64,000 bases of DNA from Podarcis vaucheri. Lineage: Eukaryota. The stretch is taken from the NCBI GenBank assembly GCA_965113315.1, contig OZ220372.1. The stretch is one strand, 5' to 3'. Below, one piece after another: positions 52,279 through 64,000 of the stretch. The notes under the pieces were generated by a model that saw only the letters and a list, made by a program, of their open reading frames with translations, made no database searches and was not told the origin of the DNA. The first letter of the stretch is position 1; the number at the start of each line of letters is the position of its first letter. A program made the translations under genes and the position numbers.

Positions 52279-52533
52279 GAGCTGGTACCTCTGGATGCGA
52301 ACGGGATCTGTTCCAGAGCCCTGCTCGCATCCAGAAGCGAACGTAACCCGCATCTGTGCGTGCACGGGTCGCGATTCACCGCTTCTGCGTATGTGTGTGA
52401 CATCATTTTGACCATCTGCGCATGCGCGAGCAGCGAAACCCAGAAGTAACGCGCTCGATGTTACTTCTGGGTCGCCGCAGCATGCAACCCGAAAACACTT
52501 ATGCTGAAGCTACTTCAACCCGAGGTATGACTG
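52279..52533. mobile_element. Tigger-like MITE
   Basis: ggtacctctggatgcg ... cccgaggtatgactg|ta; CpG-rich internal palindromes. Confidence 0.7.
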
Positions 52534-53605
52534 TATTGCAAGAAGAAGGGGACTGAGGATGGAGCTGCTCTTGGTTTTTAGGATAGCTACATTGATGAAA
52601 CTCCTTTAGCACCCTTGACCAGTTCTGCACAAGCGGCTTGAAATGAAAGACTGCAGCTTAACAACTTTTTTAGTTTAAAGCTTATACACTTTAGTGTATA
52701 AAGTAACTGCTATTGAGGCCTCAATCCCTATGCGCACTTAACAGAGAATAAGGCCCTTTGAATTTAATGGGGCATCCGTCTAAGTGAAGATGCATGCATA
52801 GCATCAAAGCGTGCCCTTTTTTCAGTTAAATTTTACACATTGTTTGTGGCTTCTCTCTGTATCCTGTTAAGATCCATATTCCTGGGCTGCCTATGATGTG
52901 TTATGCCCTCTGTATGCTGTTAGAGAAGGACAGATTAAAGGAAGTGAATCTGGGTCACTTGCTTATCATAAAGGAAGGCTCAGCCCTTTAGCAACTGTAC
53001 TGAGTCAGAGTTCTTTTCATGTGCTAGAGAAAGTAGTAATTCCCTTGAATTGTTGCATTAAGAGTACATTTCACCTTAACATTTTATTCTTATGGACTGG
53101 CCCTATCGAGGAGAAGCTCGTGAGGCAAACAAGCGGTCATGGAACACTCTTCTGTATCCACAGTCTTCAAAATTTAGGGAGGCAAAGGAAAAAAACAACC
53201 AGTGGGAAACTAAATTATAACTGTAAAATACTGCATAACATTTTAATGTGTTTCAGTAACATTTACATCTATATCAACGTAGTACTTTCCAGTTCACAAA
53301 AAGCAACTTGACAGTATCTGCGTGCCTTTTAGTTGATTTATAAACAGAAGTGACTACTGTGGGAATGAGTTCCACTGTCTTTTTATGTGCTGTGTGAAGG
53401 AGACGAAAGAAAGTACTACTCCACACAGCGCATAGTTAAACTATGCCATGGAATTTGCTTCCATGGGAGGTAGTGATGGTGACCAACTTGGATGGCTTTA
53501 AAAGGAGATTAGACATTTGTTGTTGTTGTTGTTGTTGTTGTGTTTCTGATTCATTTCAACAGAAGAAAAAAACCTGAAAGTAAAAAAGAAAAGGAAAAAG
53601 AATTA

Positions 53606-53774
53606 CTGTATTTTTTGCACCATAACACTCACTTTTTTCCTCCTAAAAAGTAAGGGGAAATGTCTGTGTGTGTTATGGAGGGCATGCCTACGGGTGGCAT
53701 GCCTACGGATTTTCCTCCTCTATAAACTACATGCGTGTTATGGTCGGGTGCGTGTTATAGAGCGAAAAATACGG
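53606..53774. mobile_element. Mariner/pogo-type MITE nested in an L1-like tail
   Basis: ta|ctgtattttttgcaccataacac ... gtgttatagagcgaaaaatacgg|ta. Confidence 0.75.
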
Positions 53775-54899
53775 TACATATTACATAATATATTACATTA
53801 AAAAATACAATCATTGATGGACTTCCTTCCTCTCCTTTCTTGGTTTCTTGTATATTCCACTTCCTCTCACTTTTTCTTCGTTTTCCCAGTCTTTCTCTCC
53901 TCCTCCCATTAATTCTAGTTCTAACTTAACACTTCTGAACATACTAAGATGAGACAAATTCATTGTTCTAGGCGCATTTTGCAACAGGGAATTTCATTAA
54001 TGCGAGCAGCTTCTGAGGTCTGGGCTCAGTACTGCATCTAAGATTTCAGATTAAAACTGCCACTGCTGGAAGGAACCTTTTTCTGCCTCCCCACTGCCAG
54101 CCATTCTGAAGACTGAAGAAGGGACCCTCATAAGAATATTAGGGGGGTGGGCAGGGGAAGTATTTTTTTAATATATTTTTTTGCAGCCTTCAGATGAGGA
54201 CTGGACTATGTGATTTTACCAGTTTTTGAGGAGCAGGCTGCAGTTTATTCATTTTCGACTTTGCATTCTTGTTATAAAAAAGTGTGCCTAGACAGTACTT
54301 TGTGGCACCTATAACCTAGGTTTAAGGTGCCATTTAGTTCCTAGCTTTCATATCTTAGTTGCTAACACTGATGCCCATATTAACTGGCAATATTTCAGTG
54401 GCTGGGTGGTTGTTGTTTTGGTTACCATTTGGCACACTAAAAAACAAAAACAAACCCAGAATACCACCTCCATCCATGCCCATGCTTGAGATTTGTATTG
54501 GCACTTGGTGGGATACTGTTGGAGACAGTGTTCTGGACTCGGTGGACCCTTGACCTGGTCAATGTATTTGGTATGTTCCCAGTAAGTAAATAAGAAGCAT
54601 ATAAGTAGAAGACTTGTAGCTAATTTTTGATATCCCTTTTTTAATCCTGTAAAACATTAATTAACATTGGCAATAATACCTTGCCGTTAAATAATTCATA
54701 TATTGTTTATGTTGTACCACATTTCATAATGGCAAGGTCAATGCTTTTGAAGATCCTTTCAGTTCTGTAAGTAACATATAAATTAGCCTTTGACTTTACA
54801 ATATGATTTTTCATTTTATAGTGAAATAAAACCTGTTGTGTTTGCTAAAGTTGTTGATTCCCTCAACTTTTCTAATAACTTAATCTACTTCATTTACAG

Positions 54900-54969
54900 G
54901 AAGTGTCCATCAAAGCTTGCTTGCTTCAACAGACACAAAAAAGTTAATGGGCAAAAGTACAGTTTTTAG
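54900..54969 (+). other. Candidate 5'UTR cassette exon of CNOT2 (70 nt)
   Basis: Branch-like ctaat/ttaat, acceptor ctacttcatttacag|, donor TAG|gtaggt. Confidence 0.45.
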
Positions 54970-57551
54970 GTAGGTAGATATTTTCTTAGTGTGTGTTAGG
55001 TTTTCTAGGAAAGATTTTCTAGTAATATTTGTAAACAGATAATAAATAAAGTTCTTCACTGATAAATATTTGATCCAGTCCCGGATAGAAAAGTAACCTG
55101 GATGTTTGTAGGCAATTTTGCAATCTTTTATTTTAATTTATTTTTTGTTGAACTTTGCATATAATGGCAATTCAGTATTGTGGAGGGTTTGTAAGGTGAG
55201 TGTTTTTCTTGAGAAAACATTTTGGAATACTTGGGAGGGGGGAAATGCCCAAATGGGAAGTTTGCTTCCAATATTATAGGTCTAATAAGGCAAATTGCTC
55301 CTTTTAAACTGAGTTGGTAACACTTTGTTGTGGTTGAATTACCGTTTTACTTAGTCATAACTGAAGTGTACCCTGTGTACATTTTTGTACATTATTTTAG
55401 TGGTTTTGTCATTGGCATTTTTAAAGCCACCTTGAGTGCCCATTGGGCCTTTTGTTAAAAGGTATGTTTATTCAATGTATTTATTTGAACCTTAATATTA
55501 AAGTGTTTATTCAGTTCCTCTCACTGATCCAACATTTGAGACTGCATTCACATAACTCTTCAGGGAAAAGCACTGCTCAGCTGTTTGGAAGTAGGAGTAG
55601 GCAATTGTTTTCAGTTCCTTGCTTTTCCATCCTGTTCCAGCCAAGCAGTTGAACAGCTGGATTTTAAGATTTTTGGAAGGGGCTTTCCACACGAAGCTCT
55701 GATTGATGCACATGTGTTCCTTCTTTGAGATTGGGATACTGTCTGGTATTTGTGCTAACATATTGTAATGGAAAACCTGTTCAGCCTTAAGAACCCTCTT
55801 GACCTTAACAGTCCTATGTATTGTTTACACAGGAGTAAATCCCACTGTGCTTGCTTACTTCCTGATAAGCATGCATAGGATTGAAGACTTAGAGCAGGAT
55901 TCAGTGAAGACTTTTGCTAGGGCAGCAGGGATTTCTCCCTTCCCCGTCCCCTGTGTATTACCCAAATTGGGCTCTGGTGGGGCTGGGAGAACCAGAAGGA
56001 CAATATGCGAACAGGAGGGGGGGTGGAGATGTTCCATCTGGCAAGTTGAAAAGCTTGTTGTGCTGGAATGATTGCCACAGAGCTGCATTGAATCCCAGCA
56101 AGTTCAAAACCTCATGAGTTCTGCAAACTTGAGGGAAATCGCTTCCATATGTACCTGCATATCTCCTTTGATCTCTTTCGGAAGTGGTACACCGTATGCC
56201 ACCACTATTGGAATATTTTAAAGCTATGTCCTAATATCTTTGATTAAAGAGTTATTCAGGAAAATGTCTCCAGAGAGTTGTAGGTGGTAGACCTCCCTTT
56301 TATAAGCATAAGAGAGCAAAGTTTTGATGAGAAGACTCTCCCTCGGAGGAAAAATATTTCAAATTCCTAAGCGTCTGCATCATGTACTAAGGACAGTACC
56401 CTGAGCAAACTTGAGGGAGAGCAAGAATGCCAAATTGTTTGGTGTCAGAAGCAAATGTTAAGCTGTTTGGAGGAAACGTACAGAATTCCCGCCCGCCCTC
56501 CCAGCTCCAATCTATAATTAATCAGACATGATTTGAATTAAATATCTTCAAAGAGGAGTCTTACAGTTTGTAACCTTAAACACTAGATATCTAAAATCTG
56601 AATATGATTTTTGCCTTCCCTTAAAGAGCTTGTTATTCTTACAAAATCTGTTCTGCCCTTTTATTACTTCTCAGACAAGATGTAAACTACTGTTGAACAG
56701 ATCATATACTAACTACCCCATTATGACAACATCTTTCTCTTAGCTGCTGTTACCACAGCCATGTGGCTATTTGTATGCCTATACTAGGGAATGCAAATCC
56801 CTTGTCTTGGCTGGGGAAGGGTACTCAAGTTAATGTTTTCCCTTGCCACTTAGAGATGCTTCAGGTTTCACTCTTTCTTCCCTTGTGGGAGTGCACATGG
56901 AGGCAATTCTCGTGATGAAAATAAAAATGATGAGAGTGCCTAAACCACACTGGCTTGTGGTACAGACCTAGTTTTTCCAAGAATTCCAGAAGTAGGTTCA
57001 TATATCTCGTTTATACTTGTGAATAGACTCCAGTATAAGTTATTGCTAATAATACCTATTTCAAAAGCTGTGCTTGTTAAGAAGTAGCCATCGGTAGATG
57101 GAGTATGGGTGAGGAATTACCACAATTTCTTAGTTTTGGTGGAATGAGTAAAGATTTATAGTTCTTTGAATTTAAGAAAATCTTACAATTTAAATCCTTT
57201 AAAAACAGCCATAGAAGAATACAGTATAGGAAAACTAGGAGGCTAGAACTAATTATCACTGGAGAAAGAAAGTGCTTTGATCTTTGAGACTGAGACTAGG
57301 AAGGTAAAAATCATGCCTAATGGAAGATTCTTCAAAGAGAGCAAGCATTAGCGTAACATGTGCGAAATGACAATGCTATTATTGCTCCACTCCCTGCTCC
57401 AAAAAGGAGGAAATTATATTTTCCTTTGGCTAAATATGGCAACTCTGCTCAGGAGATGGGTGGACTATCATTGTCTCTATAGTTGATGTGCAAATGGGGA
57501 AACATCCCATGAAAGTTCCTTATGTTTACTAGGCAACCTTGGCATTATCGG

Positions 57552-57694
57552 ATCATAGAGTTGGAAGGGACCCTGAGGATCATCTTAGTCCAACCCCTTG
57601 CAATGCGGGACTATGCAGCTGCCCAATATGGGAATCAAACTTGCAGTCTTGGCATTATTAGCACCACACTCTAACCAACTGAGCTATCCAGGCC
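57552..57694 (-). mobile_element. tRNA-Ile-derived SINE with CR1 tail (Squam1-like)
   Basis: Reverse-complement homologue of 10604-10755. Confidence 0.8.
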
Positions 57695-60150
57695 TGGGTG
57701 ATGTATCGATACGTCGCTCAGAACCGGTTTGAGGGGCAGAGCATGATGGTGCCTTCACCTGGCAATATATTGCAGGTGAGGCTTGCTTGGGCCTCCTTAC
57801 TCCCTGCACCAAAGGTACAGCGCAAACTTTTCTGAGGAACAAGATCAAACTTAAATCTGCTATGGGTACTGATTTATGTCTTTCTGCTGGCAGTTTGTAA
57901 CTTTAAGTGCAAGTATTGATAACTACAAAGCAATTCTGCCTCCCCCCTTTTTTTCTTTAGTGAGGGCAATGCAATGGTAGTAATAGTAGGGTAGGGTAGT
58001 GTTATAATGAGAAGGGAGTAAGTTGGCAAATAACATTCTTTCTGGCTTCACAGCATGCAAGATTACCTTGGTTGACTCTACTCTTCTTCACCCTTGCTAG
58101 GAGCAGCAGCTGCCACCAACAATTTCTCAGCTCATCATCACTTTGCTCAGCTAGAGTAAAAGAGGAGATAATCCCCTTAGCCTGTTAAATACTGCATTCC
58201 ATTTTGTAGGTGATTTGTGAGCCAGTTGTGAAGTGAGAGAGCTACCTAAGTGTATTGGGAAAACCTGGAATTTACTTTTGTGTGAAATAAAAATTAGAGG
58301 AGTGAAGGGGGAACTGTGGATTCCATCCTGCTCACCCCCCAAAAGGCTTTCTTGTTTGTTTTCAGGGGGGGAAATGGATTATGGAATATTTTCTTTTAGA
58401 ATGATGGGAAAAAAATGTTTAAGCCAAGGTGTTCATATATTTATTCCCCTGAAATGATTTCTAAAAGCTATGTAACACAAAGGCTTTCTGTAAGACTATG
58501 TATAGTGTCAGATCATTGCAGCTCTTGTGCACTGAGGACAAACAAGCCCTGAGTTGTAAACAGAGACTACTACTATCAACCTTAAGAGCAAGATGCATTT
58601 GTGCCTCTAGGGGCACTGCCATTGTCACAGGAGGAAGGAAGGTTTCAGTGCCTCTTGTTGGCATAGTTGGTGCATCTGTTTCTGTCCTTCACTGGGCCTC
58701 AAAGGACTGGAGCATAGTACAGGGCAACAAAAAAGAGCTGAAAGTGTACTTAACTTACCTGTACGGTATATTTATTGAGTCTTTGTTGCCTAGTCCCCAC
58801 CTTTTCTCTGCTGTTTTTATGGAAATAAGTGTTTTATGTCTGCTTGACACTGTGAAGTACTGTAGGATACATAATAATTTTCTTTGTTTTACTAATGTTG
58901 TTTTGTTTCTTCTGTTTTTATCGGTTTTTGCCTGCTCCTCATAAACTAGCAGAACCAAAGAGGTTCCTTATAGCTCAGGTTCCTTACAGTTCAGCAGTTT
59001 GTAGCTCAGTTTGTAACAAACAAAATAAAAAGTAACTTCAATTTCGTCTTATTGTCTGACTAAACTGTTCTTTTCATATACCAAACATATATACCAAGAT
59101 ATAAATAATACAGTCTGTGTTCCTAATGTATGGAAATTGCTTTTAATCTGTAAAGGGTGAGAGAGAGAGCGCGAGAGCGCGCGCGCAATAACTTTCACTG
59201 AACATTAGTGGCTGGATATAAAAGAAGCTGGCCTAAGGAGGACATCATCATATATGACTTTGTTTTATCACTGTCTGGGCCCTTCATTGCTACAGTACTC
59301 CAAACACACATCCCTGTTGGTAAAGAATTAAGAATGTTACGACTAAGCAGAGATTTGTATTGTATGCATTTCTTAGCTTCCACTGCCCATTAACAAAGTA
59401 GGTATAATAGTTGCCTACTTCATGGTGTTATTGTGAGGACATACAAGTAGTAAATTAATTTGTGCATTTTTAGGAACACAAGGCAATTGATTATTTAATA
59501 GTAGTGTGTACAAATGAGTGGTGTAGACTGCAGTCCTATATCCACTTGGGAGTAACTCCCATTGAACTTCTGAGTAGGCATGTATAGATCAAACTTAACC
59601 ATCAATAGCTAGGGAACTGGTTTGCTGTTTGGCACTGTAGAATTTTGGTTTGAGAGAAGCTATACATTGTGCTGGGTTTAACACGTTTTGTTTTGTGGAG
59701 CTGGAGCTGCTACATAAGAATGAGTATGATTAGGTTCAGATATGTAACACTAAACTATGGCTTCGATGCTTCTGCTCCCTTCTTTGTCACAGCCACAAGA
59801 AGATTGGAAACTTTCATTTCTGTTTTCAGCTAACTGGTGATCATTTTAGCCAAACCCAGAAATGTGGTTAACTTCAACTGTGGTTTAGGGAAACAAATCC
59901 TGGTTTAAGTTCGGTTCATTCCCCAAATGAGAGATTCAAATATAATGAGTAACTTTGGTTTTCAACAAACAAATAGAAGCAAATGCTTCCTCTTGCCTGT
60001 GGTAGAGGTGTATTACAGTAAACCATAGTTTAGCAAATTGTTAGAACTGGAGTATGTATGTGTGTTTTTAAGCATCATTAAATTCAGGAATTGCTTTACT
60101 TTTGTTCCAGAGATTAATGCCATATTCTTATAATGCAGGTGACAAACAGC

Positions 60151-60261
60151 ATGTTTGGTGCTTCAAGAAAGAAGTTTGTAGAGGGAGTCGACAGTGACTA
60201 CCACGATGAAAACATGTACTACGGCCAGCCTTCGATGTTCCCACATCGATCAGAAAAAGAT
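60151..60261 (+). CDS. CNOT2: CNOT2 first coding exon (exon 60139-60261, 123 nt; likely start ATG at 60151)
   Basis: AG at 60137-8 and GTAAGT at 60262. The exon reads VTNS-MFGASRKKFVEGVDSDYHDENMYYGQPSMFPHRSEKD, near-identical to the recalled human CNOT2 sequence. The ATG has A at -3. Phase-0 end. Confidence 0.95.
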
Positions 60262-62409
60262 GTAAGTTTTTATTAACATTAACTTATTTTTTCCCATTTT
60301 TTAAACTGGTTAAAACTACATGATTTTGTAATCAGGGATACCAGAGTTAATTGGCTTGAATTACCATACATGCTGCACAGAATGTGCATAAGTGTTCACA
60401 CTTGCGATAGATTGGAAAGCTCAAGTCCTCAAGTGTAGATCTAACCATTAACTGGAAAAATTGGCATTCGTGGCTAGCATTTAACATATTTAGTGCTATA
60501 ATCACATTTCTAGGCACCACCTTATTTATTTATGTAAGCATTTTTGCTCCAACTTTCCGATATGTATGTATTACTCAAGGGAGCTTTTGCAGATTAAAAT
60601 TCACAATAAAATAGTAATATGAAAGAAAACACAACAAAAGCAGGCACAGTAGGCAAAATCTCTTGAATAAACAACTGGAAAATATTTGATATCATGTTTA
60701 GGTGCACACATGGTGTTTGCAAGCTCCATGTTTGTGTCACACAGACCTGTGGCAATGCATGCCCTTCAGCTAACTAGGAACTATAAAATGGGTAGGTTGG
60801 TCTTGTGCCAGACCTGAGTGCCTTGTGAAGCTATCACACAGGACATGAAGGAAATGATCTTCTCCAGTTATTCAGAATATGAAGTTTATTGCTCTGCTGC
60901 CTGTAAATATGGAGGCCCCATTTTGCCTCCAGTCATTCCTGAAAGCTTTTATAATGCACCTATTCATAGTCCAGTGGCTCTTTTGCACTAAATGCAAACT
61001 AGGGATCACTCCAAACATTCCAGTGTTCAGTTTTTCAGAGAGATAGAAATGCTATTTATGCTCATGGAGCTTTTCATTGGCATATGGCTGTGTGGTTGAT
61101 CATCCTTGATAAGAAGTCCATCCAGTCTCTCTCCCCCCTCCCCCGGGTTCTTTGTCCTATTCCCCATGCTTCAAACATTCTTGAGGCATTTCTTATACAT
61201 CAGTGGCCTGAGAGAGGAAAAATAAAATCACTTTTCCAATTTCCAAAAAGCTTTTCTGCTTAATTACTTCGTGGTGACCTGCCTACTGGTGACAAAGTTC
61301 TCAGTGGGCTAGTTTTCAGTGAGGTGGCAAGCCACTTCAGACTACAGGTGGAAGAAAGTTCATATGACTGAAATACCCCTCTGTTTTGAAGAAATAAATA
61401 AATCTGGAAAGCTAAACTAGAACACTCTGCCATACAGTTATCTATGTAGAGAGATGCTTTATGTACAGGAGCGAAACAGCTCAGACTGAGAACTAGGTCA
61501 GTGATACTTAGTGAGTCAGATAATCTCTGTTAGGTTTATTGTGCTGATAACAAGTCAAAATGTGTGCATATTACTGCACATATGTAATAGAACCATTTTT
61601 CTCTGTGAGTTTTGAATAATAATTTTGGATGTTAGAAATTTATGGTGAATCGAGAGTATTACTAAATCATGGATAGCCTTGCATTCTGAGTGTCACATTG
61701 AGAAATTTCCCCCCTTTCATGTCAAATTGTTTTATTAAATGTGATGAGTTTGAATTAGAGCCTGAATAGTTTATTAGTATTTTTTCCTCTTTTGGTACTA
61801 TTTCTCATCTAACTATTCCTATTTCCATCTGTGTTTTTGGAGCTTTCCAACCTCCCCCTTCCTCCTGCAACTCCCTGTGGTGCCTTGGGAGCTTCTCAGC
61901 CTTTCTCAACCTCCATCTTTTAGAGCATATTTTGTAGGAGAGGGGCTTGTATACAACTTCAGATACTTCCTGCACGTTCCATTATCTGTTCTGTTAGTGG
62001 TGTTCACTAGCTTAGAGAACCTTCCTAATCTCAGTTTACTAAAACTGAGTCCTTGTACGCAGCTCCGTATAGCAAAATGTAACTAACAATAGTCCTATTT
62101 AGGCAAAAGCTTGTGGATATAAAGTGGGGAGGGCACATGCACACAGGGCTGCACTCCCAGTGACTGCTGGTTCTGTTTCCAAACTTATGGTGTTTAATGC
62201 AAGATCAAAAGAAGGGCGCTTCTAAGCTGAACATGCTTAGAAGCCTCTTCTTAGCCAAGAACCCTGCGTTATTACATTTACACATCTTCATATGAGCACG
62301 CTTAGAACTCCACCTCAGACCTATGCACCCAACACACAAAGAAAGTTCGAAGGGTGCTAGAGTTCACTGGGAGGTTGGGAGCAGGGCCTTCTCTGCACAC
62401 TGCCTTTAG

Positions 62410-62753
62410 TAAAGGTAAAGGGACCCCTGACCATTAGGTCCAGTCGTGGCGTACTCTGAGGTTGTGGTGCTCATCTTGCTTTATTGGCTGAGGGAGCCGG
62501 CGTACAGCTTCCGGGTTATGTGGCCAGCATGACTAAGCCGCTTCTGGCGAACCAGAGCAGCGCACGAAAACGCGTTTACCTTCCCGCCGGAGTGGTACCT
62601 ATTTATCTTCTTGCACTTTGACGTGCTTTCGAACTGCTAGATTGGCAGGAGCAGGGAGCGGGCAACAGGAGCTCACCCCGTCTTTGAACCACCGACCTTC
62701 TGATCAGCAAGCCCTAGGCTCTGTGGTTTAACCCACAGCGCCACCTGCGTCCC
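62410..62753 (-). mobile_element. Sauria SINE, full length
   Basis: Head gggacgcaggtggcgctgtggg on the minus strand. 13-bp TSD ACACTGCCTTTAG (62397-409, 62754-66). Confidence 0.92.
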
Positions 62754-62924
62754 ACACTGCCTTTAGCTCCCTTCACATGCTTGCCCCAAACACATGAATT
62801 GCAGTTAAAACGTGCCTGCAGTAGATGATTTCACAACTGCCTTCATTAATTTTCTTAAAGAGTTTAATATTGTTGAAATACTTTATTATCCTATCCTTGA
62901 CCGACTCTTTGTTTACCATTTTAG

Positions 62925-62991
62925 ATGCTGGCATCACCTTCAACATCAGGTCAGCTGTCTCAGTTTGGGGCAAGTTTATACGGGCATCAAA
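62925..62991 (+). CDS. CNOT2: CNOT2 second coding exon (67 nt)
   Basis: ccattttag|ATG...CAAA|gtaagt. Reads MLASPSTSGQLSQFGASLYGHQ(S), in frame with the previous exon and matching CNOT2. Confidence 0.95.
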
Positions 62992-63260
62992 GTAAGTATT
63001 CTATTCTAAGTTATATGTGAATGTACAGGCTTGTATAAGTTGTTTTGCAAACATGCAAAATGGCTTAATGTTGCCTTTTCTTTGCCTACCACTGTGATTT
63101 CAGTCTATCTTTAGAATCTTGTTTTTTTTAACCTACCCCTGAAAAGTCAACGGAGTGCAAAATACATTTCTAGTGGCCTACCTTCTGTCTAATAGGGAGG
63201 TTTTCCTAGGTTATAAGAGGATGAATATCCTCAATGGGGCAGTGGATTTTTTCTCTCATA

Positions 63261-63685
63261 GGCCTAGTTCACACACCACATTAAACCATAGTTAAAATAA
63301 ACTATGGTTTAATGTGAACAAGCATAGTCCTGGTTCATGCTGCTGAAATTGCATCTTTTCCATTCTTGTTGCTGCTGTCTTGCCTGGAAATAGGGCATTT
63401 AGCTTATATTATCTGAACCTGGCCTCGTGGTTTATTTCTCTGTGAACAAACCATGATCAGAAACCAGCTTGGCTTACCACTTGTGGTTTGTTGGGAGGAA
63501 ACAGAATCATGTGGTTTGTTTCAGAAACATACAGGACCATACTACGACTTGCTTCCTGGCAGTGTGGCAAGAGTGAGAGAAGAAGGAAGTGCTTGCAATT
63601 TCAGCACTGTACAACAAGCACATTGCTCGATCACATTAAACAATAGTCTGTTTTAACTATGGTTTGATGTGAAGTGCAAATCAGG
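63261..63685. mobile_element. Palindromic MITE (possibly PIF/Harbinger; similar class at ~59730-60050)
   Basis: Long imperfect inverted ends cacattaaaccatagttaaaa..ctatggtttaatgtga / tcacattaaacaatag..ttttaactatggtttgatgtg. Confidence 0.55.
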
Positions 63686-64000
63686 TTATATAGCTATTAA
63701 GTACAGCTGATTTTTCATGACTTTTGGGGTGGGCAACCTCTCCTTGACTCTAAAATGAAAAACAGCTGGGCTGAATTTATTAGTTTAGCGGATATCTGGA
63801 AATAATTCAGTAGGTCAGGATTATTTCCAAGTCTGGATAAACTGCCAACAGGAATTAAAAGTGAAAGTAGACAAAAGCAACTCCTTTGCCTTACAAGACT
63901 GTCTAGGAATTTATCTTCATTTCAGCAGGCAAATGTAAAAATCTCTTAACTGCCCACAAGAAATTCTCCCCGTGGTGCAACAATGTGCTAATACTTCCCC

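Larger units (their letters stand above)
26650..64000 (+). other. CNOT2: CNOT2 gene, 5' portion (TSS approximate; gene runs off the window end)
   Basis: CpG-island first exon with donor at 26825, plus two coding exons whose translation matches the vertebrate CNOT2 N-terminus as I recall it. Confidence 0.9.

Overview
Vertebrate genomic DNA, most likely a squamate (lacertid-like) lizard, judged from Sauria SINEs, BovB, squamate-type L2/CR1/L1 and tRNA-SINEs. The only protein-coding gene I can support is the 5' part of CNOT2 (CCR4-NOT subunit 2) on the + strand. It has a CpG-island promoter (~26.3-27.7 kb), a non-coding first exon ending at 26824, a ~33 kb stretch to the first coding exon, and two coding exons at 60139-60261 and 62925-62991; the gene continues beyond the window. 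The rest is intergenic or intronic DNA rich in transposon relics, many with exact target-site duplications, plus several repeat-free blocks that look like conserved non-coding elements. The ORFs in the supplied track are TE remnants or apparent chance ORFs. The most interesting candidates are: (i) an exon-1 terminal AUG whose uORF length would be set by three candidate cassette exons, all open in its frame; (ii) an alternative acceptor creating an in-frame MQVTNS start; (iii) a minimal hammerhead ribozyme in a Penelope-like insertion; (iv) a decayed copy of the promoter-proximal sequence 4 kb upstream; (v) a possible divergent spliced transcript. All of these are sequence-based hypotheses. Family names and human comparisons come from recall, not from database searches.
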